A DNA stretch of 64,000 nucleotides from Sumerlaeia bacterium (GTDB lineage Bacteria; Sumerlaeota; Sumerlaeia; SLMS01; JAHLLQ01): positions 268,582 to 332,581 of the forward strand of contig JAVJSW010000060.1 of assembly GCA_040219255.1 (NCBI GenBank), in the 5' to 3' direction. The notes under the pieces were generated by a model. That model did not search any database. It was given only the letters and a program-made list of their open reading frames with translations, and was not told the DNA's origin. Position numbers and translations under genes: made by a program. Below, piece after piece: positions 20,900 to 30,273 of the stretch (positions within the stretch are counted from its first letter, which is position 1; every line of letters begins with the position of its first letter).

Positions 20900-21580
20900 A
20901 TGAAGCCCATTTCAGCCAAAGGCGTTTCGCTGCTTGAACTGCTGGTGGTCGTGCTGGTCGTGTCGATCCTGTCGACGATCGCCGTGGGCGTGTACAGCCG
21001 CGAACTGATCAAGAGCAAAGCGGCTCGCGCGCGTGCGGAGATCAGTGCGCTGGAAGTCGCGATCACGCGCTACCAACTCGACACGGGGCAATATCCCCCG
21101 TCGGGAACGAGCGGCGGCACGTTCAATTTCCTGCCGGCGACCGATGTGCCCTATCAGGGTTCGGGGTCTCTGTACGGCGCTCTCATGCGGGGCGTCCTGG
21201 AAAACGCGGTCGATTCGGATGCAGAGGTGACGCCGCTGTGGCAAGGCCCCTACATCGACTTCCGCGATAACACGGGGGTGTACGATTTCCCTTCGAACAC
21301 CGTCATCGATCCTTCCGTGGCGCCGTCCGGCGCGGTCTACCAGACGCAGTTCCTCGATCCCTTCAAGAGACCGTACTACTACATCCGCTCGACCGATTAC
21401 GATACGCTCGGAGGCACGCTGCTTCCCGCCAGCGATCCGCTCTTCACCATCGATCAGTTCTACAACCCGAGCACGTTCCAGCTCGTGTCCTTCGGCCCCG
21501 ACGGCCAGTCGACGGTCAACTCCGGCCTGATCGGGACCGATCCAGACGACTTGTCGAACTGGACCTCCTCTCAATTCTAG
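20900..21580 (+). CDS. Enlarged GspG-type pseudopilin paralog 5
   Basis: KG|VSLLELLVV; YQLDTGQYP, WQGPY, DPFKRPY, SFGPDG, DDLSNW. Confidence 0.88.
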   Translation: MKPISAKGVSLLELLVVVLVVSILSTIAVGVYSRELIKSKAARARAEISALEVAITRYQLDTGQYPPSGTSGGTFNFLPATDVPYQGSGSLYGALMRGVLENAVDSDAEVTPLWQGPYIDFRDNTGVYDFPSNTVIDPSVAPSGAVYQTQFLDPFKRPYYYIRSTDYDTLGGTLLPASDPLFTIDQFYNPSTFQLVSFGPDGQSTVNSGLIGTDPDDLSNWTSSQF

Positions 21581-21623
21581 GTTTTCCCTCCCGCCAACCT
21601 TCACTCCCGGATTCGGGAGATTA

Positions 21624-21654
21624 GCCTCCGCCCTCGAAAGGTGGAGGCCTTTTT
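21624..21654 (+). terminator. Rho-independent terminator closing the pseudopilin cluster
   Basis: gcctccgcc-loop-ggtggaggc followed by T-run. Confidence 0.7.
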
Positions 21655-21751
21655 CTTGTTTCGTACTTGCCCGGGGGCCGGAAAAGCGGTGTTAATCGCC
21701 GCGCCTCGCAGAGGCCCCTGCCCCTCCATTTTGCCGCGTTACGAGATTTCC

Positions 21752-22984
21752 ATGTTTGCTTCCTCACTCCGGACCGCCGTTCTGATTGCCGCTCTGCCCG
21801 TGGCGGTGGTGGCGCAAAGCGGCAACCGCGTTTCGAGTTCCGCTTCCACCACCGGCGAGCTGGTACAGACGGCGACTTCGACACCGACGCCGACTCCCAC
21901 GCCAACGGTGACTCCAACGGCGACCGCGGGGCCCACGCCAGCGACCGAGACGCCCGCGCCGACGGCGACGCCGCCGGGCCGGCGGATGCCACTGGAATCG
22001 CCGGTACGGCCCACGCCCGAGGCAACTCCGGAGCCCTCCCGGCCGGCCACCCCGGCGGCCGAGACGCCGGTACCTTCCTTGCCGGAAGGGGCGGAGGAGG
22101 CGCGCTACTACTGGAGCCTGAAGGGTGGCGGCGAAGTAATCGGGCGGCTGATCAAGGACACACCGGAGCAGATCTTCATCGACGTGGGGCCGGATATCCT
22201 GGCGATTCCGCGCGGAGCGGTGGAGCGGCGGCTGACCCTGGCGGATTTGCTGTCGGGCCCGGCGCAGGAGCGTTCGGCGTTGGCGGGGGTCACGGAGGGG
22301 CGCGAGGGGAGCGGTTCGCTCCTGAGCCAGCAGGAAATGGTGGAGGATGTGAAGAAGGGCGTGGTGCTGATCGCGAATCCGCGAGGCCGGGGGTCCGGGT
22401 TCGTGTTGGATGACGAAGGCCGCATCGTGACGAACTATCATGTGGTGCGGGGCGAGAAATACCACACCGTCACGATTTTTCAGTTGCGCAACGGCCAATG
22501 GGAACGCGAGCGATTCGAAAACGTGGAGCTGGAGGCTTACAGCACGCTGTACGACATCGCGCTGCTGCGGCTCGACATGGACGAGGTGGGGGAGCGGGGT
22601 GTGACACTGAACGTGGTTCCCGTGGCGCAACCGGGCGCGCTGCGCGTCGGCGACGCGGTTTACGCCGTGGGCAACCCGGGTATGGGCGCCATGATGCTGG
22701 AGAGCACGGTGACGGAAGGGATCGTCAGCTCGCTCGATCGCAATTTCAACGATGTGATTTACATCCAGACGACGGCGCCGGTGAACCCGGGCAACAGCGG
22801 CGGACCGCTGATCGACAGCGACGGGTCGGTAGTGGGGCTGGTGACTCTGAAGGCCATCTTCCAGGAAGGCATCGCGTTCGCTCTGCCGGTCGAACTGTTG
22901 CGCCATTTCCTGGCGAATTCGAATTCTTACGCGTACAGCCAGCAGGCCCAGAACGACGGATTCCGTTATCACCGGCCGGAATAG
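21752..22984 (+). CDS. Secreted trypsin-like serine protease (S1C, no PDZ) with Pro/Thr-rich N-terminus
   Basis: GSGF, TNYHVV, DIALL, NPGNSGGPL catalytic motifs. Confidence 0.9.
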   Translation: MFASSLRTAVLIAALPVAVVAQSGNRVSSSASTTGELVQTATSTPTPTPTPTVTPTATAGPTPATETPAPTATPPGRRMPLESPVRPTPEATPEPSRPATPAAETPVPSLPEGAEEARYYWSLKGGGEVIGRLIKDTPEQIFIDVGPDILAIPRGAVERRLTLADLLSGPAQERSALAGVTEGREGSGSLLSQQEMVEDVKKGVVLIANPRGRGSGFVLDDEGRIVTNYHVVRGEKYHTVTIFQLRNGQWERERFENVELEAYSTLYDIALLRLDMDEVGERGVTLNVVPVAQPGALRVGDAVYAVGNPGMGAMMLESTVTEGIVSSLDRNFNDVIYIQTTAPVNPGNSGGPLIDSDGSVVGLVTLKAIFQEGIAFALPVELLRHFLANSNSYAYSQQAQNDGFRYHRPE

Positions 22985-23020
22985 GCCGCACCTTCTCCCC
23001 GGACAATTCCCCCATTTAGG

Positions 23021-24868
23021 ATGAGTGCTATGAGTTATCTTCCCCGATTCCTGACGCGCCGGGCTTCGGCCTGGGCGATTTCCGGAGCGCTGTTGACCGC
23101 CCCCGCGGCCCTGACGGCGGACGAGCCGCTGCTGCGGATGCTGCCGGACGAGACCGTGGCGGCGGTGACGATCGCCGATGTGGAAACGTTGCGCGAGGAG
23201 TGGAAGCGCAGCATCTACGCCGAGGCGTGGGCCAGCCCGGAATTCAAGGGCATGCGCGAAGCGATCACGCAGGCGTGGGAGAAAGCGTCGGAGCGGGTCG
23301 AAAAGGACCTGGGGCTTTCGCTGGCGGATCTGTACGCGATGGCCGATGGCTCGGTCGGGATGGCGATTACGGAATTGGATTTCGAGACGGAAACGCCGCA
23401 CGCGGCGATTCTCGTGGGGCTGGACAAGGAGAAGCGCGAAAACGCGGAGCGCGTTGTGGATCGGGCATTGAAGGAATGGATGCCGGACACGGCCAAGAAA
23501 AGCGCCAACGAAGTCGGCGGCGTGCGGGTGTTTTCCTTCGAATTCGCCGATTCGTCCTCGGCCAGGGAAGTGCCCGATGGATTGCGGGGTTTGGAGTTGG
23601 AAACCGAAGCGGGAACTCGCCTGATCCAGTACGCGTTCACCGACAGCCATTTCATCCTGGGCGAGGGCGCCGGCAAACCGGTGGAGAAGGTGCTGCTGAC
23701 GATGTCGGGGCGGGACAAGGAAACGCTCGGGCAATCGAGCAAGTTCCGCCGCGAAGAGCAGCGCGTGAAAGACCTGGGTCTGATCCAGGGCTATATGGAC
23801 GCGGGCAAGTTTTTTGGCGACATGACCCGCATGAGCGAAGCCCCGGAAGAAGGCAAGAAGGCGTTCGAGGCGCTGGGCATTGCGAACCTGGGCGGGATCC
23901 TGATGATGTTCGACTTCGCCCCCAACGGCGCGACAACGCGCACCGGCCTTGGTGTGCCGGCGAACAGCGGGCTTTTGAGCACGATGCTCCGCGCGGGCGA
24001 ACCGAACCGGTTGCAGTTGCTGGAGAAGACGCCATCGAATGCCATCGCTATGGGAAGCTGGACGCTGGACGTGGGGGTGCTGTGGAATTCCATCCGCGAA
24101 TTGGTGAAGCAGACCCAGCCCCAGGCCGACGGGATGCTGAACGCGCAGTTGATGAACCTGCGCAATCAGTTCGGCGTCGATCTCGAGCGCGATATCCTGG
24201 ATCACATCAAGGGCGAGCACGCCTATTATCAGGTGCCTTTGCCTTCGGACCTGGCGCAGCGCCTGACGGAGGAGCAGCAGCAGTTCATGCCCGATTATTC
24301 CCAGGTGGTGATCCTCGGCCTGGAGAACGGTTCGGAAACGGCGAAGAGCATCAACACGCTGATGCAGAAGCTGACCGGCGATCCGTTCCAGTTGCCGCTG
24401 GAAAACCTGGATCAGCAGGGCTTCGCGCTGTGGGCGATGAAGCAGGACCCGGGTCAAGGGATGCCGATTCGGCCATGCCTGGGCGTGACGCCGGGGGGGC
24501 TGGTGTTGTCGTCGACACTGGAGGACGGGCAGGCGGCGATGCGGCGCCTGACGGGCGCGAGCAGCGATTCGCTGGCGAAGGACGAGAAGTTCCGGGCCGT
24601 GCGCGAGGTGCTGGGCACGAGCGACGGCGACCTGCGGGTGTTCAGCTATACGAGCCAGAAGGCCTACGAAGGGGCCTCGGACCAGATGCGCTGGATCGTC
24701 GAGGCGTTCAGCGGCGACCTGATTGCGCAGGGCATTTCGCTCTCGCCGGACGACATCCCACCGGCGTCCTGGTGGCGGCGGTACTTCCTCGGTTCGGGCC
24801 AGACGATCGTGCAGAACGAGAGCGGATTCCTGGCGGAGTACCGGATGCTGGCGCCGGAGGGGCAGTAG
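23021..24868 (+). CDS. Secreted protein, DUF3352-like
   Basis: Signal peptide; LPDET and LEKTPSNA two-lobed duplicated architecture; family assignment from memory. Confidence 0.55.
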   Translation: MSAMSYLPRFLTRRASAWAISGALLTAPAALTADEPLLRMLPDETVAAVTIADVETLREEWKRSIYAEAWASPEFKGMREAITQAWEKASERVEKDLGLSLADLYAMADGSVGMAITELDFETETPHAAILVGLDKEKRENAERVVDRALKEWMPDTAKKSANEVGGVRVFSFEFADSSSAREVPDGLRGLELETEAGTRLIQYAFTDSHFILGEGAGKPVEKVLLTMSGRDKETLGQSSKFRREEQRVKDLGLIQGYMDAGKFFGDMTRMSEAPEEGKKAFEALGIANLGGILMMFDFAPNGATTRTGLGVPANSGLLSTMLRAGEPNRLQLLEKTPSNAIAMGSWTLDVGVLWNSIRELVKQTQPQADGMLNAQLMNLRNQFGVDLERDILDHIKGEHAYYQVPLPSDLAQRLTEEQQQFMPDYSQVVILGLENGSETAKSINTLMQKLTGDPFQLPLENLDQQGFALWAMKQDPGQGMPIRPCLGVTPGGLVLSSTLEDGQAAMRRLTGASSDSLAKDEKFRAVREVLGTSDGDLRVFSYTSQKAYEGASDQMRWIVEAFSGDLIAQGISLSPDDIPPASWWRRYFLGSGQTIVQNESGFLAEYRMLAPEGQ

Positions 24869-25058
24869 GGGTTCTCGCGGGCCGGGTAAGCCGCCGCGGA
24901 GAAAGCCGCAAGGTGGGGTCACATCGTGGTGAAGGGACGGGCGCATGGGCGGGGGCTTCCTGTTCGGTTGACTTCGGAAGGAGTCTCTCACAGGCGATTC
25001 GGTTTGTCCCCTCATGTGGAACTTCGGGAGCAAGAAAGACAAAAAAGACAAAACGGCG

Positions 25059-25115
25059 TTGTCGCTCTGGATTAAATTTAAATTCACCACAGAGACACGG
25101 AGGGCACGGAGATTG
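25059..25115 (+). repeat. CACAGA-family intergenic repeat
   Basis: ctggattaaatttaaattcaccacagagacacggagggcacggagat, closely matching 27326-27366. Confidence 0.75.
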
Positions 25116-25408
25116 TTGACGGCGTTGGGTATGGGTGGGGATTCGAAGGGGGCGGTTATGGGGTCGAACTGTGTGGGATAAGACCGGCCGTTCCTGTCTG
25201 TCGAAACTGGATGGCTTGGCGATCTGGCAGAAATGGAGAAATGCGCTGCCCGTTTTCGAGCAAGTGAAGCCCTGGCAGCGCGTGGTGGTGAGTAAGCCAT
25301 GAAGGCAGGCGGGCCCGAAAGAGAGCCCTTGCCCGAAGTCTCGGTCCCCGGGAAAGGTGGCGCGCGCCATGGTTCTGACGCGCCAGACCTTTCCCGGGGA
25401 ATTCTCCT

Positions 25409-26848
25409 ATGATCTTCAAGCAGTACATCGATGGCGAGTGGGCCGATGCGGCCAACGGCGGCACCTGGGAAGTGATCAACCCGGCGACGGAGGGCTCGAT
25501 CGCGACGGTGCCCTTTGGCGACCGGGCCGACGCGGCGGCGGCGATCGCGGCGGCGGAGCGCGCCTTTTCCGCGTGGTCCGGCAAGACGGTTTACGAGCGG
25601 GCCGAGGTGTTGATGAAGACGTCGCACCTGATCCGTGAGCGGCTCGAGGAACTGCACCCCATCAACACGGCGGAGAGCGGTAAGACCATCGGCGATTCGA
25701 AGGGCGATTGGCTGGCGGCGGCGGCGTTGTTCGAGTGGTTCGCGGAGGAAGGCAAGCGGGCCTATGGCCGCACGATCCCGGCCCGCAAACCGGGCAAGCG
25801 GCTGATCGTCCTGCGCCAGCCCATCGGCGTGGTGGGGACCATCACGGCGTGGAATTTCCCCGCCTACAACACGGCGCGGGCCTGGTCGGCGGCGCTGGCG
25901 GCGGGTTGCACGGTGGTCGGCCGACCGTCGGAATACACGCCGATGACGGCGATGGCGATGGTGAACCTGATGGTGGAGGCCGGGATCCCGGCGGGGGTGA
26001 TGAACCTGATCAACGGCGAACCAGGGCCGATGGGCCAGGAAATGATGGAAAACGTGGCCTGCCGCAAAGTCCACTTCACAGGGTCCACGCGGGTCGGGCG
26101 GCTGCTGATGGATGGCGCGTCGAAGACCATGACTCGGCTGTCGCTGGAGTGCGGCGGGAACGCGCCGGTGCTGATTTTCCCGGACGCCGACATGGACTTG
26201 GTGACGAAGGGGCTGGCGTCGGCGAAGTGCCGCAACGTGGGCCAGGTCTGCATTTCGCCCCAGCGCTTCCTCGTCCACGGCGACGTGCACGACGAGTTCG
26301 TCGAGCGCGTTCTGCCGCAGTTCGGCGAGTTGAAAGTGGGCGATGGGTCGGACCCGGCGACGACCGTGGGGCCGCTGATCAACGCGCGCCAGCGCGACCG
26401 GGTGGAGGAATTGGTAGCCAAGACCCGCGACGAAGGCGCCACCGTCCAGGCCGGCGGTAAGCGGCCGGACGACCTGCACCGTGGCTATTTCTATGAACCG
26501 ACGCTGATGACGGGCGTCACGCCCGAGAGCACGCTCTTCCGCGAGGAAGTCTTCGGCCCGGTGCTGCCGGTGACGCGGTTTGAGGACGCGGACGAGGTGA
26601 TCGCCCTGGCGAACAAAACGGAGTACGGCCTGGCCAGCTACGTCTTCACGCGCGACCTCGCCACCGCCATCCGCGCCGCCGAGGGCCTGGAGTTCGGCAT
26701 CGTCTCGGTGAACGACTGGTCCAGCTCCACCATCGAAGGCCCCTTCCCCGGCTGGAAGCAAAGCGGCCAAGGGGCCGAATGCGGTCAGGAAGGGCTGGAG
26801 GAGTACCTGGAGACGAAGCTGGTGGGGATTGGGGGGCTTGGGTGGTAG
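25409..26848 (+). CDS. NAD(P)-dependent aldehyde dehydrogenase (succinate-semialdehyde dehydrogenase-like)
   Basis: WNFP, FTGST, LECGGNAP, GQVC, EEVFGP. Confidence 0.93.
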   Translation: MIFKQYIDGEWADAANGGTWEVINPATEGSIATVPFGDRADAAAAIAAAERAFSAWSGKTVYERAEVLMKTSHLIRERLEELHPINTAESGKTIGDSKGDWLAAAALFEWFAEEGKRAYGRTIPARKPGKRLIVLRQPIGVVGTITAWNFPAYNTARAWSAALAAGCTVVGRPSEYTPMTAMAMVNLMVEAGIPAGVMNLINGEPGPMGQEMMENVACRKVHFTGSTRVGRLLMDGASKTMTRLSLECGGNAPVLIFPDADMDLVTKGLASAKCRNVGQVCISPQRFLVHGDVHDEFVERVLPQFGELKVGDGSDPATTVGPLINARQRDRVEELVAKTRDEGATVQAGGKRPDDLHRGYFYEPTLMTGVTPESTLFREEVFGPVLPVTRFEDADEVIALANKTEYGLASYVFTRDLATAIRAAEGLEFGIVSVNDWSSSTIEGPFPGWKQSGQGAECGQEGLEEYLETKLVGIGGLGW

Positions 26849-26869
26849 CCTAAGCTGAGTCAAACCAAG

Positions 26870-27001
26870 GTAACACGGGCGTCCCGCCCGTGACCGGCGG
26901 CGGTTCTTTTGCGCCCGGGGGTTTGGCAAAGGGCGGCTGATCGGGGCAGCTTACTGGAAACAGGGGTTATCGGCGCTCTTTCCGCCTGAAGGCGGGACTA
27001 C
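26870..27001. repeat. Pair of oppositely oriented GTAG-type REP palindromes
   Basis: GTAACACGGGCGTCCCGCCCGTG (+, 26870-26892) and GTAGTCCCGCCTTCAGGCGGAA (-, 27001-26980). Confidence 0.7.
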
Positions 27002-27013
27002 GAACGGGGGCGC

Positions 27014-27029
27014 TGGATCGGGTTTTGCA
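27014..27029 (+). promoter_or_regulatory. Putative sigma54 promoter of chaB
   Basis: TGGATCG-GGTT-TTGCA. Confidence 0.4.
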
Positions 27030-27071
27030 ACTTTCCGGGGGTGAAGAGAAATCCCTCTGGAGGTTGGGCTT

Positions 27072-27299
27072 ATGCCGTACAATTCCCGAAATCAATTGCC
27101 GGAGGCGGTGCAGAAGCATCTGCCGCCGCACGCTCAGGACATCTACAAGGAAGCGTTCAACTCGGCGTTCGATCAGTACAAGAGCCCGAAGGACCGCAAG
27201 GGGGACGCCTCGCGCGAGGAAACGGCCCACAAGGTGGCCTGGAACGCGGTGAAGGGGAAGTATTCGAAGGGCGACGACGGGAACTGGCACCGGAAGTAG
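27072..27299 (+). CDS. chaB: ChaB family protein
   Basis: MPY...LPxxV...LPPHAQDIYKEAFNSA...AHKVAWNAVK; GGAGG RBS. Confidence 0.92.
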   Translation: MPYNSRNQLPEAVQKHLPPHAQDIYKEAFNSAFDQYKSPKDRKGDASREETAHKVAWNAVKGKYSKGDDGNWHRK

Positions 27300-27325
27300 G
27301 CGGGCGCTAGGACTTGGCTCTTGTC

Positions 27326-27487
27326 CTGGATTGAATTTCACCACGGGGACACGGAGGCACGGAGATGTGTGAAGCGAGAGAAGTTACGTCAGCTCTTGAT
27401 AAACTGAAGGGGCGTTTGAGCGGTTTGCCAGCCCCCCTCATCATGCAACTCTGTGTAACCTCTGTCCTCTGAGCCCTCTGTGGTGAG
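27326..27487. repeat. CACAGA-family inverted-repeat element
   Basis: ttcaccacggggacacggaggcacggag at left, ctctgtcctctgagccctctgtggtgag at right. Confidence 0.7.
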
Positions 27488-27498
27488 CGGTTCGGTAT

Positions 27499-28044
27499 CT
27501 ACGACTTGGCCTGATTCCAGGGCATCTTGCCCAGCACCATCGCCATGCCGCAGAAGCCGGTGAGGCCGGCGAAGAGCAGGCCGGCGCCGGCGAAGGCGGG
27601 GATGGCGAAGAAGCCGACGTGCACGAAGAAGCCGAGAGCGCTGCCAATCAGGATCAGGCTGCCGACGGTGATGTGGACCTGACGGATCAGGGGCAGCGTC
27701 TGGCGGCCCTTGACGGTGGGGAGGCCGGCGGCTTTCCAGGCTTCCGTGCCGCCTTCGACGAGGACGAGGTTTTCGGCCCCGGCGGCGGCGAGTTTGTCGC
27801 AGGCTTTGCGGGCGCGGGCGCCGCTCTGGCAGATGATGTAGGCGGGGGCGCCATCGGGCGTGGCGGCTTTCAGCTTCTCGGCGTCGATGGTGTCGAGGGG
27901 GATCGAAAGGGCGCCGGTGGCGTGCTCGGTTTCGAACTCGGCGGGGGTGCGGACGTCGATCAGGCGGGCTTTGGCGTCGGCCTTCAGGCGTTCGCTGGTT
28001 ACCTGGGGCGAGAGGGTTTGCGTGGGGGCGGTGGTGGCGGTCAT
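27499..28044 (-). CDS. Rhodanese + DUF2892 (YgaP-like) membrane sulfurtransferase
   Basis: IDVRTPAEF, ICQSGAR, GGTEAW; AGLTGFCGM...MPWN. Confidence 0.9.
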   Translation of the reverse strand: MTATTAPTQTLSPQVTSERLKADAKARLIDVRTPAEFETEHATGALSIPLDTIDAEKLKAATPDGAPAYIICQSGARARKACDKLAAAGAENLVLVEGGTEAWKAAGLPTVKGRQTLPLIRQVHITVGSLILIGSALGFFVHVGFFAIPAFAGAGLLFAGLTGFCGMAMVLGKMPWNQAKS

Positions 28045-29780
28045 TGGTCTTTTCCTTCCTGACGTTCGAGAACGTCCTTGGCCATTTGCCATGTCAGGTA
28101 CGAGCCGCTGAGGTTGCGGCAGTTGAAGCCGTTCTGCTCGAGGATGCGGCAGGCGTAGTAGCTGCGCTGGCCGCTCTGGCAATGGACGACGATGTCGCGG
28201 TCGCGGGGCAGTTCGCCGAGGCGCGCGCGCAGTTGATCGAGGGGGATGTTGTGGCTTTCGGCGCCGGGGCGGGGCAGGATCACTTTACCGTTTTCGCGCT
28301 CGGGCGGGTTGCGGACGTCGAGGAGGTAATAGCTGGCGGGGTCGCGCTGGGCCAGTTCGACCCAGTCGATGGGATCGACGAAGCCGGAGAGAGCGTTCTG
28401 GGCCGCCATGCCAACGATGTTGACGGGGTCCTTGGCGGCGCCGAAGGGCGGAGCGTAGGTCAGTTCCAGCTCGGCCAGGTCGTCGGCGGTCATATCCGCG
28501 GCGAGGGCCGTGGCGAAGACATCGAGGCGCCGGTCGACGCCTTCGCCGCCGACGATCTGCGCGCCGAGGAGGCGGCCGTCCTCGCGGTGAAAGAGCGCCT
28601 TGATATCCATCATCTCCGCGCCCGGGTAGTAGGTCACGTGGTGCGGGCGATGGATGCGGATGATCTCGTGGGGCACGTTCATTTTGAGGAGGCGCTTTTC
28701 GCTCAGGCCGGTGCAACCGGCGGCGACTTCGAAGAGGCGGAGAATGGCCGTGCCGTAGGTGCCGTCGTAAGGGATCAGGTCGTTCTGCGACTCGGCGAAG
28801 ATGTTGTCGGCCACGAGGCGGCCCTGGCGGTTGGCAGGCCCGGCGAGGGGAATATGGGCGGGCTCGCCGAAGATCGGGTCGTGGACCTCGATGGCGTCGC
28901 CCACGGCCCAGATGTGGGGGACCGAGGTGCGCAGAAAGTCATCGACGGCGATGCCGCCGGTGACGCCGGTGGCGATGTTGGCGCCGCCGAGCCAGCGGAT
29001 GTCGGGCCGCACGCCGAGGCCCATGACGACCACGTCGGCGGGAAAGCGCTCGCCCTTCTTGGTGACGACGACGGAGGCGGCGGCGTCGCTGCCGGGGGCC
29101 GGTTCGTCGAACTGCTGGACGCCGTCGCTGAGGCGCAAATCGACGCCGTGCTTGCGGAGGGCGCGGTGCAGGTGCTCGGCCATTTCCGGGTCGAGGGGCG
29201 CCATGACCTGGGGGGCGAGTTCGATCAGTGTGACGGCGAGGCCGCGATGGATGAGCTGCTCGGCCATTTCCAGGCCAATGTAGCCCCCGCCCACGACGAC
29301 GGCGCGCTTGGCGTTCTGGCCGGAGATCCAGGCGTTGATGGCGTCCGTGTCGGGGACGTTGCGCAGGGTGAAATGGCCGGGGCGGTCGATGCCGGGAATC
29401 GGGGGCCGCAGGGGCGCGGCGCCGGGGGAGAGAACCAGCTCGTCATAGGGCTCGTCCGTTTCCTCGCCCGTTTGCAGGTCCCGCAGGCGCACCGTCTGGG
29501 CCTTGGGGTCCACGGCGATGGCTTCCGTGCGGACGCGCACGTCCATGCCGAAGCGGCTGGCGAGGGATTCGGGCGAATTGAGGATGAGCTTCTGCCGGTC
29601 GGCGATTTCACCGCCAATGTGGTAGGGAAGCCCGCAGTTGGCGAAAGAGACGTAGGGCCCCTTTTCCACCATCACGATGCGGGCGGATTCGGAGAGTCGC
29701 CGCGCCCGGGCCGCACAGCTCGCGCCGCCCGCCACGCCTCCCACGATCACAATGCGTTTGCCGCCGCTGTCGTCTGTCAT
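28041..29780 (-). CDS. CoA-disulfide/persulfide reductase with C-terminal rhodanese domain
   Basis: GGVAGGAS, SFANCGLPY, GGGYIGLE, YAPPF, HCQSGQRS. Confidence 0.93.
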   Translation of the reverse strand: MTDDSGGKRIVIVGGVAGGASCAARARRLSESARIVMVEKGPYVSFANCGLPYHIGGEIADRQKLILNSPESLASRFGMDVRVRTEAIAVDPKAQTVRLRDLQTGEETDEPYDELVLSPGAAPLRPPIPGIDRPGHFTLRNVPDTDAINAWISGQNAKRAVVVGGGYIGLEMAEQLIHRGLAVTLIELAPQVMAPLDPEMAEHLHRALRKHGVDLRLSDGVQQFDEPAPGSDAAASVVVTKKGERFPADVVVMGLGVRPDIRWLGGANIATGVTGGIAVDDFLRTSVPHIWAVGDAIEVHDPIFGEPAHIPLAGPANRQGRLVADNIFAESQNDLIPYDGTYGTAILRLFEVAAGCTGLSEKRLLKMNVPHEIIRIHRPHHVTYYPGAEMMDIKALFHREDGRLLGAQIVGGEGVDRRLDVFATALAADMTADDLAELELTYAPPFGAAKDPVNIVGMAAQNALSGFVDPIDWVELAQRDPASYYLLDVRNPPERENGKVILPRPGAESHNIPLDQLRARLGELPRDRDIVVHCQSGQRSYYACRILEQNGFNCRNLSGSYLTWQMAKDVLERQEGKDQ

Positions 29781-29787
29781 GGTCGTC

Positions 29788-30132
29788 TTAGCCTTGTCCT
29801 GGGTAAAGGTTGCCGAAGCTTTCGAGGGTTTCCAGGTGCTGGCGCCGGACGCTGTCGCACATCACTTCGCAGACGTCGAAGATCGACTCTTCTTTGACGG
29901 CGTAGATGGATTGGGCGCCATCGCGGCGCTGGGCCACGAGGCCGGCGCGTTTGAGGATCCCGAGGTGTTTGGAGACCGAGGCTTGACCGAGGCCGAGTTC
30001 GTTGCTCAGGGTCGTCACGTTGGCTTCGCCGCTTTTCAGGCGGATCAAGAGGCGCAGGCGGTTTTCGTCGGCGAGGGCGCGAAACCGTTCGGTGAGGAGG
30101 GGGATGAGGACTTCCATCTGCTCTTCGTTCAT
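29788..30132 (-). CDS. ArsR/SmtB family transcriptional regulator
   Basis: FRALADENRL, SKHLGILKRAGLV, C-terminal CxxxC. Confidence 0.92.
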   Translation of the reverse strand: MNEEQMEVLIPLLTERFRALADENRLRLLIRLKSGEANVTTLSNELGLGQASVSKHLGILKRAGLVAQRRDGAQSIYAVKEESIFDVCEVMCDSVRRQHLETLESFGNLYPGQG

Positions 30133-30273
30133 GAATGTTTTCCCTTATCAGAATGTTCCTCTGTTCTCTAATGGGCCTCCTCGGTGCTGTCAAGGCCTTC
30201 TCTCTGGCCTTGTGGCGAATAATTCCGGTGGTGTAGCGTAGGGGTCTGAGACTTCCCGATCGGCCGTCGTTCC

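Noticed and set aside
17324-21580. Pilin antigenic-variation cassettes or DGR-type diversification
   Set aside because: All copies are full length, no near-identical DNA repeats seen, and no recombinase or reverse transcriptase in the window
25171-25302. Possible 43-aa small ORF in the 24869-25408 intergenic gap
   Set aside because: No clear RBS or motif; cannot be supported
21764-26929. 1721-aa minus-strand ORF, and similar long antisense ORFs (51564-54683, 15039-17354, 1821-4157)
   Set aside because: Shadows of well-supported plus-strand genes; typical of high-GC codon bias; no recognisable motifs
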